A DNA stretch of 63,810 bases, filler included, from Vicugna vicugna (taxonomy: Eukaryota): assembly GCA_013265495.1 (NCBI GenBank). It is 84 parts of 80 records of this genome, joined end to end, with 100 filler letters (N's around TTAATTAATTAA, not from the genome) between each part and the next. Parts side by side here need not be neighbours in the genome. Positions count along the whole stretch, not along the records: positions 13,319 to 14,372 come from MU060862.1; positions 14,473 to 14,569 come from MU060863.1; positions 14,670 to 15,058 come from PNXW01016338.1; positions 15,159 to 15,978 come from MU060864.1; positions 16,079 to 16,827 come from MU060866.1; positions 16,928 to 17,761 come from MU060867.1; positions 17,862 to 18,652 come from PNXW01016366.1; positions 18,753 to 19,547 come from PNXW01016371.1; 76 more parts are not named here. The stretch is one strand, 5' to 3'. Position 1 is the stretch's first letter. Every line of letters begins with the position of its first letter. Under the pieces are notes generated by a model. That model was not told the DNA's origin. It was given only the letters and a program-made list of their open reading frames with translations, and made no database searches. The position numbers and the translations under genes are program-made. Shown here piece by piece: positions 13,219-24,933 of the stretch.

Positions 13219-14669
13219 NNNNNNNNNNNNNNNNNNNNNNNNNNNNNNNNNNNNNNNNNNNNTTAATTAATTAANNNNNNNNNNNNNNNNNNNNNNNNNN
13301 NNNNNNNNNNNNNNNNNNATTAGTATAAAGATATATACACCATCAATGCAGATTAGGAAAGGAATTGATATTTAATACAAATCCACTGCACATCCATTGA
13401 TTTACAAGCATATCCTGGAGTATAAGCTCTATTATCCAGGGGTCCCCCATCCCCATTCTCACTAACAAGTCCCTTAGTAATCAAGTACCAAAGAACCGGC
13501 ATAGAACCACACGATCACTATTTTAGTTATAAATGAGGGAAATAGCTCATTCAATTATAAATCAGAAACCTTAATATACATACTGAACTTATTTACAGAT
13601 AAAGAAAATTGGACACAAAAAAGAANNNNNNNNNNNNNNNNNNNNNNNNNNNNNNNNNNNNNNNNNNNNNNNNNNNNNNNNNNNNNNNNNNNNNNNNNNN
13701 NNNNNNNNNNNNNNNNNNNNNNNNNNNNNNNNNNNNNNNNNNNNNNNNNNNNNNNNNNNNNNNNNNNNNNNNNNNNNNNNNNNNNNNNNNNNNNNNNNNN
13801 NNNNNNNNNNNNNNNNNNNNNNNNNNNNNNNNNNNNNNNNNNNNNNNNNNNNNNNNNNNNNNNNNNNNNNNNNNNNNNNNNNNNNNNNNNNNNNNNNNNN
13901 NNNNNNNNNNNNNNNNNNNNNNNNNNNNNNNNNACCTTCCCATGAGAGGCCTCATGGACATAAACTAAAGGCAGCTGAGCAATGAAAAGTAGCAAGACCC
14001 TGGAACTCAAGCAAGAAGGATCCCTGCCATCCCCTGCCCAGTTGCCTCTTCACCCGTGTGGACACGATGGCAGAAGACCCAGGTTCTTGTCCACGTTACA
14101 CCATCATAGATAAATAAATAAAACCCATAAATAGTTACGACTCCATGCTCTCTTAAGTCCTTTCCAACTCAAATATGATGACACCAATATCTCACCAGAA
14201 TCTCTATGTCTCCACTTTCTCTCTTCTATTAGGAGACTATATCTATGGCCACAAAGCAGAAATCCAATTAAAAACACCATGCATGAAGCCTGATGAAAGT
14301 CTGCGTAAGAGACTTTGTCCTCACGCACAGTGAATGAAAACTCAGAAAAAGTAGTCCTTCTCCCTCTGCAAGNNNNNNNNNNNNNNNNNNNNNNNNNNNN
14401 NNNNNNNNNNNNNNNNTTAATTAATTAANNNNNNNNNNNNNNNNNNNNNNNNNNNNNNNNNNNNNNNNNNNNTCTGTGTCTGCCTGTCTGTGTCTGTCTC
14501 CCTTTCAGGACCAGCCTGACACCGCTTCATGCCCTGTCTCCTTTCTTCTAATCTTGCCTACCTGGCCTCNNNNNNNNNNNNNNNNNNNNNNNNNNNNNNN
14601 NNNNNNNNNNNNNTTAATTAATTAANNNNNNNNNNNNNNNNNNNNNNNNNNNNNNNNNNNNNNNNNNNN

Positions 14670-15058
14670 AACTAAAGGGGTACACCTCTGCCCACATCCA
14701 TTTACGTGGAGTGCAGATACACAATTCCCTCCCCCTACAATTCTGGCTACTGTTATATGAGAGTGGGAAAGTTCCTCCAGCTTACATCAGTGCCAGTGTT
14801 CTAGTAGAATCCTTAAGCTTCTCTTCCCTGATGGATTGCAATAGCTTGAGTGCGGTTCAAAGTGGGATTTGTTCTCTAAATCCAAGTATTAGTGAGTGCC
14901 TCTCCATGGGAATTGGAGGTGTTTAACCAACAAACCCCAACAAGGCAATACCTTTGCCCCGTGGAATATGCGTGGAGACTCTTTCTACACCAACAGTACA
15001 CACACGAAGAAGCTTTCTGGAATTCTGAGCATGGGGAGACTACTCCAAATGACAGCAG
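14670..15058 (-). repeat. Satellite S4 (diverged S1 relative)
   Basis: GAGAGTGGGAAAGTTCCTCCAGC core; closely matches 45024-45200. Confidence 0.85.
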
Positions 15059-16927
15059 NNNNNNNNNNNNNNNNNNNNNNNNNNNNNNNNNNNNNNNNNN
15101 NNTTAATTAATTAANNNNNNNNNNNNNNNNNNNNNNNNNNNNNNNNNNNNNNNNNNNNACAGGCACAGAGTGGTACAGGGTGATGGGTATGTGATATTTG
15201 GGGCTTAGCCACAGTTTTTGTGCAGAGACCTGACAGGAGAATAAAGTGTGGATGTTGACATCGGTAAGAAAGGTTGGTGGGTTTTGAATTCCCCCTAGAG
15301 TCGCGTCTCTGTATCTATGTAGATGACGCCAGCAGAGCAGGGATGGGTGTTCCTACTTCTGCAGAAAATTGCGTGTCCGCCTCATCGACTAATTCGAGAG
15401 GCCGACCTGCCCATCCAATTGCAACANNNNNNNNNNNNNNNNNNNNNNNNNNNNNNNNNNNNNNNNNNNNNNNNNNNNNNNNNNNNNNNNNNNNNNNNNN
15501 NNNNNNNNNNNNNNNNNNNNNNNNNNNNNNNNNNNNNNNNNNNNNNNNNNNNNNNNNNNNNNNNNNNNNNNNNNNNNNNNNNNNNNNNNNNNNNNNNNNN
15601 NNNNNNNNNNNNNNNNNNNNNNNNNNNNNNNNNNNNNNNNNNNNNNNNNNNNNNNNNNNNNNNNNNNNNNNNNNNNNNNNNNNNNNNNNNNNNNNNNNNN
15701 NNNNNNNNNNNNNNNNNNNNNNNCAGTGTACAAAAGAGTGGGAGGGTTGATGGTATAAATGCATTTTAATTTTTGCTCCGAAACTGATTCTATCCTTCTG
15801 TTTTGTTAAGCAAGTGTTCTTGGGAAAGACATGATTCTCCTTTTTTCTTTCTATTTGATCATCCAAGAGGTTTAGATAGGGGATTTGTTTTAGGGTAAGA
15901 ATCTTTAAAAAAAAACCTTGCAAATAGATTCTTGTTAGGCATTTTGACAAGTGGATTCTCCAGGCAGTATTGAACCCCNNNNNNNNNNNNNNNNNNNNNN
16001 NNNNNNNNNNNNNNNNNNNNNNTTAATTAATTAANNNNNNNNNNNNNNNNNNNNNNNNNNNNNNNNNNNNNNNNNNNNTATTGTTATTTTGAATGAGATA
16101 AATAAAATGGACAATTTTGGATTGAGATACAAGATTTTGATACTACACTACATAAAGTTAAAAAAAAAGGGCCAAAGAGATCACCTACTGCCCCCCAACA
16201 TTAAAGTTCAAACAAGTCCGTTTTATTTACCACAGTTTAATATGTATGTATGAATATATAGGGCTAAAATATACATATATNNNNNNNNNNNNNNNNNNNN
16301 NNNNNNNNNNNNNNNNNNNNNNNNNNNNNNNNNNNNNNNNNNNNNNNNNNNNNNNNNNNNNNNNNNNNNNNNNNNNNNNNNNNNNNNNNNNNNNNNNNNN
16401 NNNNNNNNNNNNNNNNNNNNNNNNNNNNNNNNNNNNNNNNNNNNNNNNNNNNNNNNNNNNNNNNNNNNNNNNNNNNNNNNNNNNNNNNNNNNNNNNNNNN
16501 NNNNNNNNNNNNNNNNNNNNNNNNAGATAAAAGTGTAAATTTGGTATATTTAAATCAGCTTTATATAAATCTTTTACTTAATTATGTTGTGGGATAGATA
16601 TGTTTCAATGGAAAAACGCTTCCCCTTTTTGGTATTATAAGGCTGGGCACATATCTGTCCCTCAGAAAATATTGACTGAACAAAGTAAAGGAAAATATTA
16701 GAGTTACACGAGCCGTCCAATATAACGTAAAACTAAAACCTAATATTCAGTGGCTAATAAAAAAATATAATAAGAGGTTTAACCTGAGTTTAACTTATAA
16801 CTCAAGGGAAAGAGACCTTACTTAATGNNNNNNNNNNNNNNNNNNNNNNNNNNNNNNNNNNNNNNNNNNNNTTAATTAATTAANNNNNNNNNNNNNNNNN
16901 NNNNNNNNNNNNNNNNNNNNNNNNNNN

Positions 16928-17335
16928 ATGGCTATTCTGACTGGTGAGTGTTGGTACTTGATTGCACTTTTGTTTTGCATTTTGCTGATAATGATATTGA
17001 ACATTTTTTCATGTGCCTATTGGCCATTTGTATGTCTCATTGGAGAAATGTTTCTTTAGGACTTCTGACCATTTTTGAATTGAATTGTTTGTTTTTCTTT
17101 CTTATTAAGTATAAAAGCTATTTACATATTCTGGAAATTAAGCCCTTGTCAGTTTCATTTATTGCAACTATTTTCTCCCATTCCATAGGTTGTCTTTTAG
17201 TTTTGCTTACTGTTTCCTTAGCTGTGCAAAAGCTTGTAAGTTTAATTAGATCCCACTTGTATATTTTTGCTTGTATTTCTATTGCTTGAGTAGACTGCTC
17301 TAGGAAAACATTGCTGAGATATATGTCACATGTTT
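16928..17335 (-). mobile_element. LINE-1 ORF2 C-terminal fragment
   Basis: Antisense L1 motifs (gaacattttttcatgtgcctattggccatttgtatgtc; gctgtgcaaaagcttgtaagtttaattagatccca). Confidence 0.88.
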
Positions 17336-17521
17336 NNNNNNNNNNNNNNNNNNNNNNNNNNNNNNNNNNNNNNNNNNNNNNNNNNNNNNNNNNNNNNNNN
17401 NNNNNNNNNNNNNNNNNNNNNNNNNNNNNNNNNNNNNNNNNNNNNNNNNNNNNNNNNNNNNNNNNNNNNNNNNNNNNNNNNNNNNNNNNNNNNNNNNNNN
17501 NNNNNNNNNNNNNNNNNNNNN

Positions 17522-17685
17522 CAAAGATTCAATGACCAAAAGTTTGTCGGACTATTCTTGGTAATTTTGTTTATCCATTCATTGATGGATGGATATTGTT
17601 AGTAACTTTTGGCTACTCTGAATGATACTGCTATGAATATTGATGTGAAAGATTTTGAGAGAATATGTTTTCATTCTGTTGGCTG
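17522..17685 (-). mobile_element. Old LINE-1 3' fragment
   Basis: ttatccattcattgatggat...ttttggctact..gaatgatactgctatgaatatt is typical of the antisense L1 3' region. Confidence 0.65.
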
Positions 17686-17687
17686 TA

Positions 17688-17761
17688 CAGTTGGCCCGCC
17701 ACTTCTGTAGATTCCCCTTCATGGATCCAGATGGCTGATTGTAAAGGGACTCGAACATCCT
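17688..17761. mobile_element. Tigger-like (Tc1/mariner) non-autonomous element end
   Basis: TA followed by CAGTTGGCCC and AAGGGACTCGAACATCC resembles Tigger-family ends; truncated by the scaffold end. Confidence 0.45.
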
Positions 17762-17861
17762 NNNNNNNNNNNNNNNNNNNNNNNNNNNNNNNNNNNNNNN
17801 NNNNNTTAATTAATTAANNNNNNNNNNNNNNNNNNNNNNNNNNNNNNNNNNNNNNNNNNNN

Positions 17862-18652
17862 AGATAAAGAAACAAAAAATGTCTGAAAATTTATCTGAAG
17901 AAAAATTAGACTGAAACATGCTGAAAGCCAAGAAAGAATTATCTATGTGAATTCAGGAATTACACAGCATCCAAAGAAGGTGGAACCCCAATAGACCTAC
18001 CAGCAGCTGTATGATTCAAATCAACAAAGTTCACGAATATCCCAGTGATTTAAAATGCACCTGGAGGAAACAACATAGTCACAAGGGAACCTCCAGAGGG
18101 GTTTCAGCTGATAACTCGGCAGCAATATTGCAGGACAGGGAGGAGTGCCAGGACACAGACCATAACCTGAATGGACAAATGTTGCCACCTATGGTAGCCT
18201 ATGCCAAATGACCACCATTTCTAATAACGGCAGAACTAGAGAATTCCACAGAACAGCAAATCTTAAAAGAATTCAGCAGTTCAAAACTTTTCCTACAAGT
18301 ATGGTTGAGAAATCTACCCTGAATAGAAAAGCAGCAAGATGAAATGGAAAGAAGAAACCATCATTGGAAATGCAAGAAGAGCATGAGTGGCAAAGTAGAA
18401 ACAAGAAGAAGGCAAGGTGGTCAAGGAGGACATCAAAACGCTAAAGATGGGAGAGGGAAGCAGGAAATCATAGGTGATTCACTCTCTTAAGTGAATCAGC
18501 TTATTTGACACTCTGTTTGAAGCGAAAGGAAAGATGCATAGCATGACGTGTTTGCAGAACTAGCGAGAAGCAGACCAACAAAGAATCAAACCAACCAACT
18601 AGCACCTAAAGGGTACGGATGGCTGAAATTTACCAAGGGAACCATGATTATT
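17862..18652 (+). mobile_element. Highly diverged LINE-1 ORF1 C-terminus and inter-ORF region
   Basis: ORF 18011-18211 (HKGTSRGVSADNSAAILQDREECQD...LNGQMLPPMVAY) aligns with L1 ORF1p YKGTPIRLSADFSAETLQARREW.D...LQPRILYP. Confidence 0.75.
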
Positions 18653-18752
18653 NNNNNNNNNNNNNNNNNNNNNNNNNNNNNNNNNNNNNNNNNNNNTTAA
18701 TTAATTAANNNNNNNNNNNNNNNNNNNNNNNNNNNNNNNNNNNNNNNNNNNN

Positions 18753-19547
18753 ATATCCCAGTGACCGAGGCTGACTCCCCAAGCTCAGGGAAACTATTTC
18801 CCGGAATTCCCTGAATAGGGAAATCCTGTGACTGAAGAGAGCTGCGTGGAGTTTTCTCTCGAGCTCCCACACGCACTGACAATATTTCCGGAATCCTGAG
18901 GGTGGGGAGGTTCCATCAACGTTCGGCAGCACGTGGGTTTTAACGGAATGCTTAAGCTCGTCTCCCCTGAGGCTTTTCCAGATGTCTCTCTGCCAGGGAA
19001 TGCTAGGGGTGATTGCAGGATATCCCAGTGACCGAGGAGGCCTCCCCAAGGTCAGGGAAGTTATTTCCCGGACTTCCCCGAACAGGGAACACCTGTGAGT
19101 GAAGAGAGCTGCGTGGAGTTGTCTCTCGAGATCCCCCAGGCTCTGACAATATTTCCGAAATCCTGAGCGTGGGGAGGTTCCACCAACGGTCGGCAGCGCG
19201 TGGATTCTAACGAAATGCTTAAGCTCGTCTCCCCTGAGTGTTTTCCTAATGTCTCTGTGCCAGGGAATGCTATTGGTGATTGCAGGATATCCCAGTGTCC
19301 GAGGCTGCCTCCCAAAGGTCAGGGAAGGTATTTCTCGGACTTCCCCGAACAGGGAACTTCTGTGAATGAAGAGAGCTGCGTGGAGTTTTCTCTCGAGCTC
19401 CCCACGCACTGACAATGGTTCCGGAATCCTGAGCGTGGGGAGATTCCACCAACGGTCGGCAGCGCGTGGTTTCTAACGGAATGCATAAGCTCTTCACCCC
19501 CAAGAAGGTTTTCCTAATGTCTCTGTGCCAGGGAATGCTAGGGGTGA
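18753..19547 (-). repeat. Satellite S1
   Basis: About three reverse-complement 267-bp monomers. Confidence 0.95.
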
Positions 19548-19829
19548 NNNNNNNNNNNNNNNNNNNNNNNNNNNNNNNNNNNNNNNNNNNNTTAATTAAT
19601 TAANNNNNNNNNNNNNNNNNNNNNNNNNNNNNNNNNNNNNNNNNNNNACTGTAAAGGGTGCTATAGAAATGTAAGACAGAATGATCACAGTGACCACTAG
19701 TGACTTACTGAAATGTTGAGGACACTTTTTTTAAAATCTGAAGGACAATAAAATGGGAAAGCTAGAGTGGGCATGGGGAGTTCTCATTTGGGGTACATTA
19801 TTAATCGATTTGTTTCAAAAACCATTCAG

Positions 19830-19902
19830 CCTGCAGTTGGAGTGAAAGATTCTGTTCCTAAAAAGACAGGAGCAATGAAGAATTTACAAAGATTCAAACC
19901 AG
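19830..19902 (+). CDS. Isolated 73-bp exon of an ANKRD26/ANKRD30/ANKRD36-family gene or pseudogene (copy 1)
   Basis: cattcag|CCTGCAGTT...AAACCAG|gtaag translates PAVGVKDSVPKKTGAMKNLQRFKP, resembling the PAIEM.(K/D)SVPNKA repeat exon of this family. Confidence 0.7.
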
Positions 19903-19985
19903 GTAAGTTTTGCAATACAAATTTAACCATGAAATGAAGTACAGTCTTCTTATTCCTAATTAGATTTGTTTCAAAAACCATTCAG

Positions 19986-20058
19986 CCTGCAGTTGGAGTG
20001 AAAGATTCTGTTCCTAAAAAAACAGGAGCAATGAAGAATTTACAAAGATTCAAACCAG
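19986..20058 (+). CDS. Second copy of the same 73-bp exon (156-bp tandem duplication)
   Basis: Differs from copy 1 by one base (AAG vs AAA); intact AG/GT splice sites. Confidence 0.6.
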
Positions 20059-20471
20059 GTAAGTTTTGCAATACAAATTTAACCATGAAATGAAGTACAG
20101 TCTTCTTATTCCTAATTCCTTTTATTTTTTCAAATTTAATTGAAAGGTGACACAAGTAAGGCAGATGTTATGATCGGTATCCATGTTTGAAAATATATAT
20201 ATTAGCATAAGAAATAGATTTTTTAAATGTCAGCTTTGACTCGGATGTTTCTATTGATGTTGGGAGACACCAAAGTGCTCAGTTTGGAGTCCCTGTACTT
20301 CTCAGGGATTCTGAGAGACTGATTATTAGGTTCTAAGATTTTTCCAGAGTTTTAAAATGCTTAATTGAATTCTGACCGTTACGTGGGGTAAAGCTTCACT
20401 TGCTAATATGTCAGTCATATCTCACTTTAATTATTTCATCGAGCGCTATCAGATTGATGATACTTATTTCT

Positions 20472-20508
20472 GTATTTATTTATTAATGGAGGTCCTAGGG
20501 AATGAACC
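20472..20508 (-). mobile_element. 3' end of tRNA-derived SINE
   Basis: Reverse complement reads GGTTCATTCCCTAGGACCTCCATTAATAAATAAATA (B box plus tail). Confidence 0.7.
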
Positions 20509-22065
20509 NNNNNNNNNNNNNNNNNNNNNNNNNNNNNNNNNNNNNNNNNNNNTTAATTAATTAANNNNNNNNNNNNNNNNNNNNNNNNNNNNNNNNNNNN
20601 NNNNNNNNGGAATACAATGAGGTCCAGGAGATGCCGAGGGAAGTGGGAAGTAGACACAGGGAAGCTAGGCTCTCCACACTGGAAAGAACAGTGGGGCCAA
20701 GCCTTGTCACCACGAACCCAGGGCCGGGGAACGCCAGGGAGATCAACACTGTGTGGAATGGAAAAACGTGTGAAAACCAGAGAGCCCTGGAGCTCATTCA
20801 GCCCAGGGAAAGGAGGATCCCATGCTTCCAAATAAAAGTCCTTGCTGGCCTCTGGATTTGCCTTTTAGTCCAAGTCCCCTAACAAGGAAACATGGGAAAT
20901 GGGAACACTTCAACCTTCTCAAGGTGGAAGGATGGGTTGGGATCCCAAGGCAGCAATTTCCATAAATAGTAGCAGGGCTTGCCCAATCCCATGTTAATGC
21001 CCATGCTCCTGGGAACTCAGCATTGAGCCAGCAGCCTCTGTGCCAGATGGGTGTCTCTCCGGCCATGGAATGGATGACTCACGTACGTCCAACAGTAAGT
21101 AGACATCAGCACCTGGGCTCTCCTGCTGGCTCATCTGAAATGTTTCCTGCCCTCCCAGGGGTGTGGACAAGGGGAGAAATGGTCCCTGAGACTGCAGAGA
21201 TGACTTTGGCTGGGCTATATTTAAGAAAGCCATTGGGCCAAGTGATTGAGAGTGGCTTCGGTAGTTTTGTTTTTCCTTTCATTGACCTCTTTGGACCCTT
21301 TGAAACTGACATGGGAGTGGTAGCCCTGTGGCCCACCCACAGCTCCTCTCTCNNNNNNNNNNNNNNNNNNNNNNNNNNNNNNNNNNNNNNNNNNNNTTAA
21401 TTAATTAANNNNNNNNNNNNNNNNNNNNNNNNNNNNNNNNNNNNNNNNNNNNCCCTGGGGCCTTTCTTAATCCTATCTGGGTTTACTTTCAGTGAATTTC
21501 TGAGTAAGCACAAGTTATAGGTTGGCTGCATCTTGAGCTAGGGACACCCATGGTGTAACTGCTTCTTTTTTTTTTTCATTTCAAAGGAAACGGTCCATCC
21601 GAAGTGAAACCTGCTGTGTTGTTTCAGTGGTAGAGGATGTTTTCGTCTTTGTTGGTGGTGTTACAGTTGCTGTTGTTTTAATCAGACAGTTACGTCAAAC
21701 AGAAGCAATCAAGTTTCTTTTTTCATTGCCACCTCCCTCCACTCTTTCCACTCAGTCCATGCTGTTAAAAAATACCCTTGTTAGTAAAGTGATTCATCTC
21801 TTTTTTGTGCAGCTGAGCAGCTGGAAAGATCATTGTAAAGGAATCTTTTCAGATGGCCAGTGTAAGTTAAAATGTCCCTGGAATTATGGCAATGCCTCGG
21901 GGTCACAGGTATTTTCTGACGTCTAATGTGTCTTCCAGAGAAAGAAAAAGAAGTTTCCACTCAACNNNNNNNNNNNNNNNNNNNNNNNNNNNNNNNNNNN
22001 NNNNNNNNNTTAATTAATTAANNNNNNNNNNNNNNNNNNNNNNNNNNNNNNNNNNNNNNNNNNNN

Positions 22066-22602
22066 TATTCTGTATTTTATATTTCAAATTCTGTGTTCTG
22101 CATTCCATGATCTAAATCCTGAGATCTATATTCACTATTACAATTTCTATATTTTGTGTTCATCATTCTATATTCTATATTCTATATTCTGCATTCCGTA
22201 GTCTATATGATATATTCTGTGTTCTACATTCTATATTATAATTCTATATTCATTATTCTGTATTCTATATTTTAATTCTGTGTTCTGTATTCCATGTTCT
22301 AAATTCTGGGTTCTATATTCTCTATTCTATACTCTATATTCTGTGTTATATATTCTATATTCTAAATTCTATATTCAGTATTCTTTATTCTATATTCTTT
22401 ATTCTGTGTTCTACATTCTATATTCGAAATTGTATATTCAGTATTCAGTTTTCTATATTCTAAATTCTGTGTTCTGCATTCCATATTCTAAATTCTGGAT
22501 TCTGTATTAGTATTCTGTTCTCCACATTCCACATTCTGTGTTCTACATTGTATATTTTGTATTCTGTATTTTGCATTCCGTATTCTACATTCTTTATTCT
22601 GT
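22066..22602 (+). repeat. Satellite S3
   Basis: TTCTGTGTTCTG.ATTCCAT at 22089, 22276 and 22465 (about 189 = 3 x 63). Confidence 0.93.
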
Positions 22603-23380
22603 NNNNNNNNNNNNNNNNNNNNNNNNNNNNNNNNNNNNNNNNNNNNTTAATTAATTAANNNNNNNNNNNNNNNNNNNNNNNNNNNNNNNNNNNNNNNNNN
22701 NNCTATATTGACTATTGTCTTTACTTCATTTGCCTTACTTGTGAAATTTTAATGTAATATTTTAATTTTTAAAAAAATTTGTATGATAGATAATAATAAA
22801 TATTAAAAATAGACTCTATTGAAAATGAAAGAGTGTAGAACAAAACCTCACCCGTATCCCAAACCATTGTCTCTTATTCTTCCAGATGCAATCACTCTGT
22901 TCCTGAGATTCAACTCTTAACCTTTGCACAAGCATATTTTCATACATCCATGTGCTTATGGCTGTGTTTAAATTTTGCATTACACTGCTTAGCCTTCTGA
23001 AGATCTTTACAGACCAGTCTATACTGAAGTAATTAATTCTCAATTTCCTCATACTTTCACTTTGTTATACAGATACACTAAACTGGATGTACCCGTGATA
23101 GGGAAGAACAACTATGACTTCATAGTGGGTCTGCTNNNNNNNNNNNNNNNNNNNNNNNNNNNNNNNNNNNNNNNNNNNNNNNNNNNNNNNNNNNNNNNNN
23201 NNNNNNNNNNNNNNNNNNNNNNNNNNNNNNNNNNNNNNNNNNNNNNNNNNNNNNNNNNNNNNNNNNNNNNNNNNNNNNNNNNNNNNNNNNNNNNNNNNNN
23301 NNNNNNNNNNNNNNNNNNNNNNNNNNNNNNNNNNNNNNNNNNNNNNNNNNNNNNNNNNNNNNNNNNNNNNNNNNNNNNNN

Positions 23381-23588
23381 NACCTTTTAAACTGCCTCGC
23401 TTCCCCCTTTCTGTTCTATTGAGAAACTAGCACCCAAGTCCAGGCAAGATGGTTCTTTGGGATACTAGTCTACCTTATCTTTGGTCTGCTGGCTCCCCAA
23501 ATAAAGTCACTATTCCTTGCCCTAAAAACTTGCATCTCAATTTATTGGCCTGTGTGGTAAGAAGTACAAACTTGGATTTGGTAGTAAA
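23381..23588 (+). mobile_element. 3' part (R/U5) of an ERV1-class LTR, MER34/MER39-like
   Basis: agatggttctttgggatactagtct...ctgctggctccccaAATAAAgtcactattccttgccc...atttattggcctgt...cttggatttggta matches the remembered MER34-type LTR end. Confidence 0.6.
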
Positions 23589-23744
23589 AACTCATTTTTA
23601 TTATAATATTTACTAGTCATTCACTTTGAGTTTTGCTTTATTGGTGTGGATTTTCCATTATTACAAATTTCATATACATTTCTGAGGATTGGTGACCAGT
23701 TTAAGTATGATATAATGCTAAAGATCATAGTCTTTTTGAGGAAG

Positions 23745-23879
23745 ATTCTTCTGAGTCAAAATTAGCTTTGCCACTTATTATGTAAACTTTGGCAAAATAC
23801 AACTTCCTCAAGTTTTGTTAAATGTGGAATAGTGGAGATATTCTCAAGATCAAATGAAACAATCTGTATAAGCTCTTAG
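23745..23879 (+). mobile_element. MIR relic
   Basis: gctttgccacttatta..tgt.aactttggcaaa..acaacttc...aaatgtggaatagt resembles the MIR core. Confidence 0.55.
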
Positions 23880-23984
23880 NNNNNNNNNNNNNNNNNNNNN
23901 NNNNNNNNNNNNNNNNNNNNNNNTTAATTAATTAANNNNNNNNNNNNNNNNNNNNNNNNNNNNNNNNNNNNNNNNNNNNAGACT

Positions 23985-24050
23985 TTGGTCCTGGGGATGG
24001 GAGGCTGAGGCACCTAGACGGTGGGATCTGCCCCAGGTCACGCAGCCCGG
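23985..24050 (-). mobile_element. MIR relic
   Basis: gatgggaggctgaggcac..agacggt.gg.atctgccccaggtcacgcagc resembles the antisense MIR core. Confidence 0.55.
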
Positions 24051-24629
24051 GGGACCACACTCATGGGACTGGCCAGACTGCTCACAGCCTGCTGGCCCAG
24101 GGGGAGGGGCCAAGGGGATGGGGCCAACTTTCTGGAAAGCAATTTGCCACCAAGATCTTTAAACTGTCCAGGGGGCTCAATGGCAAAGAAACAATTAGAA
24201 ACGTGGGCAGAGCTGTCCAAGTGAGGGTGCCGGGCCGCTGGGTGAACGGGCACCCCTAGGGCATTGCGGGCAGCCTTGGAACAGCCCCTGGGGAGGGTTT
24301 CTGGGCTGTGGGGGGGGGCTTGTTCCAACATCAGCGGCCAGACAAAATGGATCTGCNNNNNNNNNNNNNNNNNGTCCTGTGAGACGTGGGCCCTATTTCT
24401 TGCTTTTTATTTTTTCATCATTTTTAAATACTCCAATTTGTACAAAGAGCATGTGTCACATGCAAAACCCAGAGAAAAGCAGTTGACAGCAACTAAAACC
24501 AGAGGGCCAGTTTCCTAAGGGTATGAGGTTCCCCCAGCTCTCCCCTCGCCCAGGCCCCTGCCCCAGCCCCTGTTCTCACAACCCCAGACCTAGAGATGGA
24601 AAGGGCAGTGGAGTCTGCCATATGGCCCT

Positions 24630-24780
24630 GGACATTCCCACCACAGGGCCTTTGCACTGCCTGTTCCTTCTGCCAAAATGCTTGTTCCCAGACACCCACG
24701 TGCACAGTTCTGTGTCAGGCTTCTCACACACAATCCCAGAGAGACTTCCGTCCACCTGCCCTGAAAGGCACCTCACCCCA
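24630..24780 (+). mobile_element. L2 3' relic
   Basis: cccaccacagggcctttgcactgcctgttccttctgccaaaatgct is a typical L2 motif. Confidence 0.6.
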
Positions 24781-24933
24781 CCTGCCAGTCGGTCCACTGG
24801 GTCCACTTCTTGGCCTGTGCCATGACCTGACGGNNNNNNNNNNNNNNNNNNNNNNNNNNNNNNNNNNNNNNNNNNNNTTAATTAATTAANNNNNNNNNNN
24901 NNNNNNNNNNNNNNNNNNNNNNNNNNNNNNNNN

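Noticed and set aside
19062..19083. CENP-B box in S1 (minus strand TTCGGGGAAGTCCGGG)
   Set aside because: The canonical box needs TTCG-N4-A-N2-CGGG (7 nt between the blocks). Here there are 8, and most monomers read CGAG.
21564..21926. Polypyrimidine tract plus AG at ~21587 and a 99-aa ORF as a possible exon
   Set aside because: No recognisable protein similarity and no convincing donor site; unsupported without a search.
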